The notes beneath the pieces were generated by a model. It saw only the letters and a program-made list of their open reading frames with translations. It did no database searches and had not been told where the DNA came from. Of a stretch of DNA of 49,924 nucleotides, positions 1-8,700 are shown one piece after another (positions within the stretch are counted from its first letter, which is position 1; each line of letters opens with the position of its first letter). The position numbers and the translations under genes are program-made. Where the stretch lies: positions 1 through 49,924 of IMG/VR virus record IMGVR_UViG_3300020207_000040, one strand, 5' to 3'. The DNA comes from a virus (lineage: Duplodnaviria > Caudoviricetes).

Positions 1-54
1 GAGCAATATGGCTATAAAAAAGATTTAAGACCTTATAAAAAATTATTTAAACGA

Positions 55-597
55 ATGAAAAAACATACATCATCAGACGCTACAACAACATTTAAAATAC
101 CTAAATCAGATTTAAATGGTACGTTTCTAGCAGATTTAGAAATAAATACACCTTATGGAAAATTCAAGCTTGATGCTCAAGATAAAATTGATTGGGTCAT
201 TAGTAATGCTTATACTAGTCAGTTTGGCCCTTCTACCTGTTATATTTATAACAAAGCTATGGCAGAAGCCGGTCCGTTTGAAAAGTATATAGAGTCAAAT
301 GAATTACAAGTATTTGATAAAATAAGAAGCTGGGCTAATGAACGTAATTTAATTAGTCAAGGTGATGTTAAAACACAATTAGTAAAATTATATGAAGAGA
401 CTGGAGAATTATCTCAATCTATTCTTAAGGATGACAAAGACGGGATTATTGATGCTATTGGTGATTGCGTTGTTGTCCTTACTAATCTCGCCGAATTGGC
501 AGGTACCAGAATTGAATATTGTATTGATTCTGCTTACAATGAAATATCTAGTAGAACTGGTAGAATGATTAACGGAACATTTGTAAAAGATGCGTGA
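55..597 (+). CDS. MazG-like nucleotide pyrophosphohydrolase with N-terminal extension
   Basis: C-terminal half matches the phage MazG-like pattern: WANERNL..Q..KLYEETGEL...IIDAIGD.VVVLTNLA...C...AYNEI..R.G.MINGTFVK. Confidence 0.85.
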   Translation: MKKHTSSDATTTFKIPKSDLNGTFLADLEINTPYGKFKLDAQDKIDWVISNAYTSQFGPSTCYIYNKAMAEAGPFEKYIESNELQVFDKIRSWANERNLISQGDVKTQLVKLYEETGELSQSILKDDKDGIIDAIGDCVVVLTNLAELAGTRIEYCIDSAYNEISSRTGRMINGTFVKDA

Positions 598-883
598 TAA
601 AATTATAGAACAAGTAGTAAATAAAATAAAGCGACGTTCTGATGTTGGTTATAAAAAATACGGCGTTACTTTGTATGACGACGACCAGCCATTAGACGCT
701 TGGCTAACTCATTTACAAGAAGAATTAATGGATGCTGTAAATTATCTTGAAAAAGCTAAAATGTCGCTTAGAGATGAAATTGAAGAATGTTATATAAAAG
801 ATATTAATGTAGTTGATCCTGAAGCTGTATCAGCATATCCTGAGCCAGACTTCGGTGATATGTGGACAACAAATAGAACATGA
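590..883 (+). CDS. Conserved phage protein, possibly all-alpha NTP-pyrophosphatase-like
   Basis: Motif R..VG.KKYGVTL...WL.HLQEELMDAV.YLEK; overlaps both neighbours in the operon. Confidence 0.6.
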   Translation: MRDKIIEQVVNKIKRRSDVGYKKYGVTLYDDDQPLDAWLTHLQEELMDAVNYLEKAKMSLRDEIEECYIKDINVVDPEAVSAYPEPDFGDMWTTNRT

Positions 884-1335
884 AAAAAAGATCCAAAAAG
901 CGCGGACCAGTTCAAGCAAAAAAAATATCATATGATGGTATTAAATTTGCCTCTGGTCTTGAGCGCTATACTTATATGGCTTTAAAAAAAGAAAAGCTAT
1001 TTGAGGGTTACGAAAATGAATCTTACCAATTGGTTGAATCTTTTCATTTTCAAAATGAATCTTTTGAAAAGCAATCAAATGGTAAAGGAGAATATAAAAA
1101 CAGAGGTAATAAAAAAATATTAGGCATAAAGTATACGCCTGATTTTGTTGGAAAAGATTATATTATAGAATGCAAAGGAAGAGCAAATGAGTCTTTTCCT
1201 TTGCGCTGGAAATTATTTAAATTATGGCTCACGAAAAACAATATTGGAAAGACGCTTTACAAGCCGCAAAACCAGAAGGAGGTGGATCAAACAATTCTTT
1301 TGATAAAGAACAGCAGAAAAAGCAATCGAGGCTGA
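880..1335 (+). CDS. T7 endonuclease I-like Holliday junction resolvase (PD-(D/E)xK)
   Basis: FASGLE...YTPDF...IIECKG motifs. Confidence 0.8.
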   Translation: MKKRSKKRGPVQAKKISYDGIKFASGLERYTYMALKKEKLFEGYENESYQLVESFHFQNESFEKQSNGKGEYKNRGNKKILGIKYTPDFVGKDYIIECKGRANESFPLRWKLFKLWLTKNNIGKTLYKPQNQKEVDQTILLIKNSRKSNRG

Positions 1336-1448
1336 TGTATAGCAAACGTATATTGCAAAGAGACATTAAACAGTTATTAAATAAAAAAATTATTAGATAT
1401 AGTGACATCGTTAGAATCCACAACAAACACGGAATTCAAGTTACCTGA
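1224..1448 (+). CDS. Hypothetical protein overlapping the endonuclease 3' end (alternative start ATG 1335)
   Basis: ORF track; TGATG stop/start overlap at 1333-1337 gives an alternative start. Confidence 0.45.
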   Translation: MAHEKQYWKDALQAAKPEGGGSNNSFDKEQQKKQSRLMYSKRILQRDIKQLLNKKIIRYSDIVRIHNKHGIQVT

Positions 1449-1518
1449 TCATTACGCAGAGAGAATAGATTTTCATATGAAAATGCTATTATATTATTTT
1501 GAACAAAGTAGATTATGA
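1402..1518 (+). CDS. Small hypothetical protein (38 aa, GTG start)
   Basis: Hand translation (M)TSLESTTNTEFKLPDHYAERIDFHMKMLLYYFEQSRL*; ends in an ATGA overlap with the next ORF. Confidence 0.35.
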   Translation: MTSLESTTNTEFKLPDHYAERIDFHMKMLLYYFEQSRL

Positions 1519-1652
1519 CCGGCTGGGAATTAGGTATAGGTTTATACCCGGGTATACTTTTAGGAGCTAGAAGTTATCCATCAGAGCTATTTGTAGAGCA
1601 TGTTTTTTATGTTCCTTTTGTAGAAATTATATTAACTATATATTATGAATAA
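1515..1652 (+). CDS. Small hydrophobic hypothetical protein (45 aa)
   Basis: Hand translation MTGWELGIGLYPGILLGARSYPSELFVEHVFYVPFVEIILTIYYE*; below the ORF-track cutoff and fills the operon gap. Confidence 0.65.
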   Translation: MTGWELGIGLYPGILLGARSYPSELFVEHVFYVPFVEIILTIYYE

Positions 1653-1794
1653 AATAGAAGAATATTTAATTAAAAATTATCCATCAAGATTTAAACAAGG
1701 GGATGATATAAAAATTGAAGAACGTGATAAACATATAATTGCTTATATTAAGGACGGTTCTCCTGTTTTTTTAAGTAAAAAAATATTAGAATGA
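1645..1794 (+). CDS. Small hypothetical protein (49 aa)
   Basis: Hand translation MNKIEEYLIKNYPSRF...SPVFLSKKILE*; ATGA overlap with the 1791 ORF. Confidence 0.6.
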   Translation: MNKIEEYLIKNYPSRFKQGDDIKIEERDKHIIAYIKDGSPVFLSKKILE

Positions 1795-1997
1795 AAGAGT
1801 CAAAGCTAATTGAAATGCAAAACAGAGTAGAAGCTTTAGGAGGAGCTGTTACAAGACTTATTAATGAAGTAAACAATCTTAAAGATTTAAGTATTGGGAC
1901 TATGGAGCTTGTAAAAAAATTACCTGATTATGATAAAGCTTTAGAAGAACTAAAAGAACAATATAAAAAAGATAAAGACAAAGATGAGTCTATTTGA
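1791..1997 (+). CDS. Hypothetical coiled-coil protein
   Basis: ORF coupled to both neighbours; helical composition. Confidence 0.7.
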   Translation: MKESKLIEMQNRVEALGGAVTRLINEVNNLKDLSIGTMELVKKLPDYDKALEELKEQYKKDKDKDESI

Positions 1998-2952
1998 TGA
2001 AAGAATACCATACAAACCATTTGAATACCCAGAATATTATACAGAAGGGTGGCTTAAACAAGCACAAGCTTTTTGGCTTCATACGGAGATACCAATGTCA
2101 GGTGACGTCAAAGATTGGAATGAAAAACTTACCAAAGCGGAAAAGAACTTGGTTGGAAATATACTTTTGGGATTTGCACAAACGGAATGTGCTGTATCTG
2201 ATTATTGGACCCAAAAAGTTGTATCGTGGTTTCCTAAGCATGAGATACAACAAATGGCCATGATGTTTGGTTCACAAGAAACCATTCATGCCGTAGCATA
2301 TAGTTATTTAAATGAAACATTAGGACTTGAAAATTTTGAAGCATTTTTACATGAGCCCGCAACTGCGGAACGGTTTGAGAATCTTGTTAGCTATAATGGT
2401 TCTGATCCTGTTGGGATTGGTCGTTCACTAGCAATATTTAGTGCATTTGCAGAAGGCGTAAGCTTATATTCAGCATTTGCTGTTTTATACAGCTTTCAAT
2501 TACGTAATCTTCTTAAAGGAATAGGTCAACAAATGAAATGGTCTGTACGTGATGAATCGCTACACAGCAAAATGGGTTGTCGTTTATTCAGACATATGTG
2601 TGAAGAAAACCCTAAATTATTAAAAGATTGCGAAAAAGATGTACTCAAAGCAGCAGAAACAATGCTTAAAGCAGAAGAACAATATATTGATAAAATGTTC
2701 GAGCAAGGAGACATTGAAAATCTTAAGTCCTACGATCTTAAACAATTCATTAGAAAGCGTCTCAATGAAAAATTGCAAGAGCTTGGTTACAGCGACCACG
2801 GGAAACACTTTGAATTTAACGAAAAAGCAGCGTCAAATCTTGACTGGTTCTATCATCTTACCGGGGGGCATACTCATACTGATTTTTTTGCTGTTCGTCC
2901 GACTGATTATTCCAAAGCAAACGAAGGCGAAGATTTTGAAGATATTTGGTAA
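1984..2952 (+). CDS. nrdB: Ribonucleotide reductase class Ia beta (R2) subunit
   Basis: FW...EI.M..DVKDW; di-iron motifs ETIH and DESLH; Tyr in HAVAYSY; EGVSLYSAF; DFF..RPTDYSK. Confidence 0.95.
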   Translation: MSLFDERIPYKPFEYPEYYTEGWLKQAQAFWLHTEIPMSGDVKDWNEKLTKAEKNLVGNILLGFAQTECAVSDYWTQKVVSWFPKHEIQQMAMMFGSQETIHAVAYSYLNETLGLENFEAFLHEPATAERFENLVSYNGSDPVGIGRSLAIFSAFAEGVSLYSAFAVLYSFQLRNLLKGIGQQMKWSVRDESLHSKMGCRLFRHMCEENPKLLKDCEKDVLKAAETMLKAEEQYIDKMFEQGDIENLKSYDLKQFIRKRLNEKLQELGYSDHGKHFEFNEKAASNLDWFYHLTGGHTHTDFFAVRPTDYSKANEGEDFEDIW

Positions 2953-2965
2953 TGAGAAAATGTAA
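2765..2965 (+). CDS. Candidate nested (+1 frame) membrane protein in the nrdB 3' end (longer start at 2639 possible)
   Basis: 108-codon open +1 frame containing hydrophobic GSIILPGGILILIFLLFVRLII. Confidence 0.3.
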   Translation: MKNCKSLVTATTGNTLNLTKKQRQILTGSIILPGGILILIFLLFVRLIIPKQTKAKILKIFGNEKM

Positions 2966-3308
2966 TAAATGTCATAAAGAAAAATCAGTTGATAAATTTA
3001 GATATGGTAAACGCACTTGTAAAAAATGCGAATATCGTTTTAAACAAAGATTTTTAAGAGCTCTTGTATTACAAAAAAAATTATCACCTGTAGAAAGATT
3101 ATCTTTCAGATTAGGGTATATGGGCACTGCTTTTATGATGATGTCTCCTCATTTATTAAGTTATGGTAAGATTGGAGCAATAACATATGTAATAGCTGGT
3201 TTATTATTAACTCCGCAGGTTTTAGTTTTAAAACAATGGAATTTAGTAGCTGTAAATTTGAATGTAGCAATAGGCTATTTAATTTATTTATATAATTATG
3301 TGGGATAA
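2952..3308 (+). CDS. CxxC/CxxC zinc-finger plus multi-TM membrane protein between nrdB and nrdA
   Basis: CNKC...CKKC then ~3 hydrophobic segments (LLTPQV..KQWNLV); TAATG coupling puts the start at 2952. Confidence 0.7.
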   Translation: MRKCNKCHKEKSVDKFRYGKRTCKKCEYRFKQRFLRALVLQKKLSPVERLSFRLGYMGTAFMMMSPHLLSYGKIGAITYVIAGLLLTPQVLVLKQWNLVAVNLNVAIGYLIYLYNYVG

Positions 3309-5040
3309 CGAATGGAAAAAAGGCGAAGATTACCCTATTTGGGGTGATACAGAAGTCTACAAAAAAACAATAACAGGTGGTTATTTATTGCCTGGTGAAA
3401 CGCCTAAAGATGCTTATTGGAGAGTTGCTAAGACTGTAGCTAGAAGATTATATAAGCCAGAAATGGCTGATCGTTTCTTTCAGTATATATGGGATGGATG
3501 GTTATGTTTAGCTTCGCCTGTATTATCAAATACTGGCACAGATAGAGGTTTACCTATAAGTTGTTTTGGAATTGATGTTGGTGACAGCATTAATGAAATA
3601 GGTATGAAGAATTTAGAAATGATGCTATTAGCCAAGCATGGCGGCGGTGTTGGTATTGGCATTAATATGATTAGACCCGCTGGATCTAGAATTACAGGTA
3701 ATGGAACATCAGACGGCGTTGTCCCTTTTTGCAAAATCTACGACTCAACTATACTCGCGACCAACCAAGGTTCCGTTAGAAGAGGAGCTGCAAGTGTTAA
3801 CATCAATATTGAACACAACGATTTTGAAGAGTGGTTGGAAATCAGAGAACCTAAAGGCGATGTCAACAGGCAATCTCTTAACTTACACCAGTGTGCTGTC
3901 GTTGGCGATAAATTTATGCGAAACCTTGAACAAGGAAATCCTGACGCAAGAAGAAAATGGTCAAAGCTTCTCCAAAAGCGCAAAGCAACTGGAGAACCAT
4001 ACATTTTATTTAAAGGAAATACAAACAAAGCTAATCCAGAAGCTTATAAGAAAAACAGTTTAAAAGTGCATATGACTAATATCTGTAGTGAAATTGTATT
4101 ACATACAGATGAAAGTCATAGTTTTGTTTGCTGCTTGTCATCAGTAAACTTAGACAAATACGACGAATGGAAGAATACGAATTTAATTTACGACGCAACT
4201 TGGTTCCTGGACGGTGTGCTGGAAGAATTTATTCAGAAGGCAAAGAATATGAAGGGATTCGAGAACTCTGTACGCAGTGCGGAGAAAGGCCGGGCACTTG
4301 GGTTAGGTGTCCTTGGATGGCACAGCCTGTTACAGAAAAACGGAATAGCGTTCGAAAGTTTATTAGCACAATTCAAAACGCGAGAAATTTTTTCAAAAAT
4401 AAAAATAGAAACTGAAAGAGCGTCTCGTGCTTTAGCTGAGGTTTATGGTGAACCTTTGTGGTGTGTTGGAACAGGCATGCGTAATACGCATTTAAGAGCT
4501 ATTGCGCCAACCGTATCTAACTCAAAACTTTCAGGTAACGTTTCGCCAGGCATTGAGCCTTGGGCGGCCAATGTGTTTACAGAACAAAGTGCTAAGGGTA
4601 CATTTATACGTAAGAATAAAGAACTTAAAAAAGTATTAAGAAAAATTGGTATTGATAATAAAGAAACTTGGGATAAAATTCTGGAAGATGGTGGATCCGT
4701 TCAAGGAATTAAAGAACTCGATGGATGGTTTTATGATCACGGAGGAAGACTTAACCAAGTAGAAGGCGAGTCTGTAAAAAATGTATTTAAAACATTTAAA
4801 GAGATAAACCAATTAGAATTGGTGCGGCAAGCTGGAATACGACAGGACTATATTGATCAATCAGTATCGTTAAATTTAGCGTTTCCATCCGAGGCTACAC
4901 CAAGGTGGCTAAACCAAGTTCATATAGAGGCTTGGAAGCGAGGTATAAAAACACTATATTATACCAGAACAGAATCTGTATTAAGGGGAGATATAGCGGC
5001 AGCGGCTATGGATCCTGATTGTTTAAGCTGCGACGGTTAA
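3298..5040 (+). CDS. nrdA: Ribonucleotide reductase class Ia alpha (R1) subunit, no ATP-cone
   Basis: ASPVLSN, PISCF, GGGVG, NICSEI (NxCxE), RALGLGV, APTVS, TLYY and C-terminal CLSC. Confidence 0.95.
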   Translation: MWDNEWKKGEDYPIWGDTEVYKKTITGGYLLPGETPKDAYWRVAKTVARRLYKPEMADRFFQYIWDGWLCLASPVLSNTGTDRGLPISCFGIDVGDSINEIGMKNLEMMLLAKHGGGVGIGINMIRPAGSRITGNGTSDGVVPFCKIYDSTILATNQGSVRRGAASVNINIEHNDFEEWLEIREPKGDVNRQSLNLHQCAVVGDKFMRNLEQGNPDARRKWSKLLQKRKATGEPYILFKGNTNKANPEAYKKNSLKVHMTNICSEIVLHTDESHSFVCCLSSVNLDKYDEWKNTNLIYDATWFLDGVLEEFIQKAKNMKGFENSVRSAEKGRALGLGVLGWHSLLQKNGIAFESLLAQFKTREIFSKIKIETERASRALAEVYGEPLWCVGTGMRNTHLRAIAPTVSNSKLSGNVSPGIEPWAANVFTEQSAKGTFIRKNKELKKVLRKIGIDNKETWDKILEDGGSVQGIKELDGWFYDHGGRLNQVEGESVKNVFKTFKEINQLELVRQAGIRQDYIDQSVSLNLAFPSEATPRWLNQVHIEAWKRGIKTLYYTRTESVLRGDIAAAAMDPDCLSCDG

Positions 5041-5052
5041 TTAAAATTTATT

Positions 5053-5295
5053 ATGGCAGAACGATTTACGTTTAAAAAAGCAAAGGAGAAGATCAAAGAG
5101 CTAGAAGCTGAACTTGATGAGTTAAAAGCAAAAGCTGGTGATCAATTGGAGGAGCTCAAAGACAAAGCTGGTAATGTGATATTAGATACATCTGACAATG
5201 TATTTACTGGTGCAGAGCTAAGAAAAATTAGAATGCTAGAAGGTTGGGCTATTATTGGTCCGATTGTTGGTCTTCTAATTGGATTGTTATTTTAA
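5053..5295 (+). CDS. Hypothetical coiled-coil protein with C-terminal membrane anchor
   Basis: Charged helical N-terminus, then WAIIGPIVGLLIGLLF. Confidence 0.7.
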   Translation: MAERFTFKKAKEKIKELEAELDELKAKAGDQLEELKDKAGNVILDTSDNVFTGAELRKIRMLEGWAIIGPIVGLLIGLLF

Positions 5296-5338
5296 ATAAA
5301 GAATGGGGTACTGCTTAATTGCAATACCCCATTTTTTT
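5296..5338. terminator. Bidirectional rho-independent terminator at the convergence of the two transcription units
   Basis: AATGGGGTA(5302-5310)/TACCCCATT(5325-5333) stem with inner TGC/GCA; T-run on +, A-rich run on the other side. Confidence 0.85.
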
Positions 5339-5339
5339 A

Positions 5340-5771
5340 TTATGCTATTCTATTATCATATGTATTATCATATCTAAACTCAATTGTTGAAGTTTTTGGA
5401 TCTACTACTTCTGGTTCTTTGTATTCATCTGAAGTTTTAAAAGGATACGTAAGTTCGTCTGCCTCTTTTCGGCTTCTTAATGTTATATTTCTTAAATTAT
5501 CAAAACGATCTCTTGCCTCATTTTTATTTTTAACAATACCTTTTGAAAACATTTTATCAGCATATCTTTCCCGCTTAGCGTCTACTCTTTGTTTGTGAGC
5601 CGCATATCTTGCTTGCTTGTTTTTATCTCTAGCCTCTATACGTTTTTTTCTTTCTTCTGATGCATCTTCGTATGCAACGTATTTTTTAGCTAAGTTTTTT
5701 TGTTTTTGGTCTTCTTGGTATTCAGAAGCTATTCTTTTTTCTAATTCATTTGGATCAGTAATTCCTTCCAT
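5340..5771 (-). CDS. Hypothetical charged protein, last gene of the late operon
   Basis: ORF directly after the giant virion gene, ending at the terminator. Confidence 0.7.
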   Translation of the reverse strand: MEGITDPNELEKRIASEYQEDQKQKNLAKKYVAYEDASEERKKRIEARDKNKQARYAAHKQRVDAKRERYADKMFSKGIVKNKNEARDRFDNLRNITLRSRKEADELTYPFKTSDEYKEPEVVDPKTSTIEFRYDNTYDNRIA

Positions 5772-5773
5772 AT

Positions 5774-8700
5774 TTATACTTTTATATTGTTAGCTGATTT
5801 TTCCCATGGTAAATGTTTATGACCTTCGTCATAAGCAACTCCATCATAAATTATTTTTTTATCAGGTGTTCTTGGATATTTATTACCATCCCAATAAACA
5901 TTAGATGCATCATATCCTAGTTTTCCAGATTTCATATCAGCAATATGCTTTTTTTCATGAGCAATAACTTCTTTCTTTTTTGCTGGTGATAAACCCGGTG
6001 CAACTTGAATAGTCCCATCTTTATGTGCTTTACCTAATACTCCTTCTGGTAATGCTTCTTTTTTATTTAAAGGTGTTCTTTTAGACTTATTTTTATTTGA
6101 TTTTTTAGTTTCAATACCTAATTGATAAGGACTCCACCCTAAGCTTAACAAAATATTTTGCCATGCCGCGTTTTTATCCATATCAATAGCCTTTAAGTTT
6201 TCGGCCTTTTTAAATGCCCTGTCTAAAGGTATATTAGCTATTGCAGCTGTATAATTTGCAATTGCAAATCCTTGATAAAATGGATCGTCTTTATATTGCC
6301 TCCAATTTTCAAATTTTTGAGCCTCTACTATATCACCAATTTTTTTACTTACAGGAGGAGATATTGTAAGACCAGCTTGTATTAAACCTAAAGCAGGGTC
6401 ATATACTCTTTTACCAGCTTTGCGTTTTTGGTATTGATCGTAGTATTCCATGCCAAGGTTTTTAAGAGCAGCAATTACGGCTCCCGAATAACCCATACCT
6501 CTTAAAAATCCATCTAAAAGGCCATTAGCAAAATATCCTAATTGCTTTTCAGCTTTTTCATCATCGTCATTATCGGATAACAATAAGCTAAATATAGCGC
6601 TTTGTAAACCAGAGAATATAATGTTTTGAGCAGCGCCATAATAAATTATTTTAGAAGCATTTGTTTTCCAGTCACCTCTACCATTAATTAAATCAAGTGT
6701 TGCTTTTTTAGTTTCCCTCGCATACTGTAATGGAGTATTAGCAAATGCTAATATAAATCTACCAATTTCAGATGCTTGTTGTCTAGAAATTTTATCTGGC
6801 CTAGACGATTGTTGCGATGTTTCAGCAATTTCTTGGAATTCAAGCATAGCTTGTTCTTTAGCCTCCGCTTCATTCATTCCTTGGTTTACTAATTGGTTTA
6901 TTTTATTTCTATACCAACTAGCTCCTCCAAATGAAATAGCAAAGCTATCTCCCCATTGAGTAGGCTTAAAACCTAACTCTAAAAGCTTTTTATGCGTTCT
7001 TAAAAACCAATTTCCAGGCTCTGAATCAGCAAGATCAGCGGTATTAATTTCAATTTTTAGGCCGCCACGACGCTCGGTTAAAAATGTAGAATTCCAAAGC
7101 TCAATAAAGTCATTGCTAAATTGAGGTACATTTGCCATAGCTTTAGCCATCATAAATGGATTATTAAAACTCCAGTTCATGAAGTTAATAATAGATAATT
7201 GCTGAAGAACAGCAGATCTAAGGTTTATAGCCATAACGTTTGCTACAGATTGGTTAATCCAATTCATAGCAGCATTGAATTCTTTGTCTTTACCTTTCTT
7301 ACGGTTTACGCCAGTTTCCATTCGCTCTAAAACATTTTTCAATGCATCCACAAAATCATTTCCATGCATTTGTTTTATAAGCTTCATATTAATATCAGAA
7401 AATATTTGTTCTTTATTATTAATAAATTCTGTTAAAAATAATTTTCTTTGAGCTTTATTTGAAACATTAGCTAAATCAGTTTGAATATTACCACCTAACC
7501 AATTTTCTGTTATTTCAGGATAGCCTTCTGGTATTTTAGTTATTTTAGCTAAATCATCTGCAAAAGCTTTTAATTCAGCATTTCCTTCAACTATAGAAAC
7601 TAAACCGGCAGCATCAGCTTTATTCATGCCTAAATCATACCCAGCTTTTTCATATAAGTATGCTCTTACTGCTTGTTCATTAGTATATAAACCATCAAGA
7701 ACTTTTTGTTTTAAAAGCTTTTTATTTTTATATCTTTTCTTTAACGCTCTATGATCTCGGGCTAAAGAAACTTTTGCTGCTTCATAAGCGGCTATTCCTT
7801 TAGCAAATGGAGTCATTAAATTATCTTGAAAAAACTTCATTTGAGCTTCGCCAATTGAGCCTTTGCCTAAAAATGTGTATAGCAATCCCATAAAGTCGTC
7901 AGCTCCGGGCGGAACATATATATTAATTTTTCTAAATAAAGAGCCTTTAGTAGGTTTTTTAGATCTTAATATATTATCCATTTCATCTTCGAGAGATGGA
8001 GCTTCAGCCTCTTTAGCAACTTGCACTTTCTTTTTTACGCCTAAGTCAGTAAGCATTTTATTTACAGCAGCTACATTTTTAGGTGCATCATCAGCAAAAA
8101 ACAAATCGTTATAGCCTTCAGCAACTTTTTCTGCCATCCAAAACGCTTTAGCACTCGGAGCCCCGTCACCAAGTCCGGTTATGTTTTCTAATGGTATACT
8201 TATGCCTAAAGCAGAACGTAAAAAACTTTGTATTGCCTGAGCCGAATTAGCCGGTCTAGCCGTTAATACAAACACATCACGATCTCCTTTTGCTTCAGTT
8301 AATTTTTTAGCAAGAACAGCTAAAGGCCCTTTGCTTCCGTCAACAACTTTAGAAAACTCTGAAAAGTCAAATTCTGCGCCGGCCTCCATAAGCTCCTCAG
8401 ATTGAGCCGCAAATTCTGTAGCGTTTAATTTGCCAGTTGTACCGTCTGGAAGCGTATAAAGCACATTAGATTTGCTCTGCGCAAGTGTATCGTCAAAGTC
8501 AAATACTCTTGCTTTCTTTTTAGGTGCTTTTTTATCTAACGCAACATTTCTAGCCTTACGTAAAACATTTAATTTTTCATTAAGCTCTTCAGTGCTTAAT
8601 CCCGTAGTATCTACACCCAAGTCTTTTAATAATCTTTCGCTTTGTAGCCTTACTTGCTCTTGAGCTTTAGCAACGCCCGATTCACTATATATAGATAATC

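Noticed and set aside
1994-2263. 89-codon +1 ORF at the nrdB 5' end
   Set aside because: No recognisable features and only a weak codon anomaly; kept out pending comparative data
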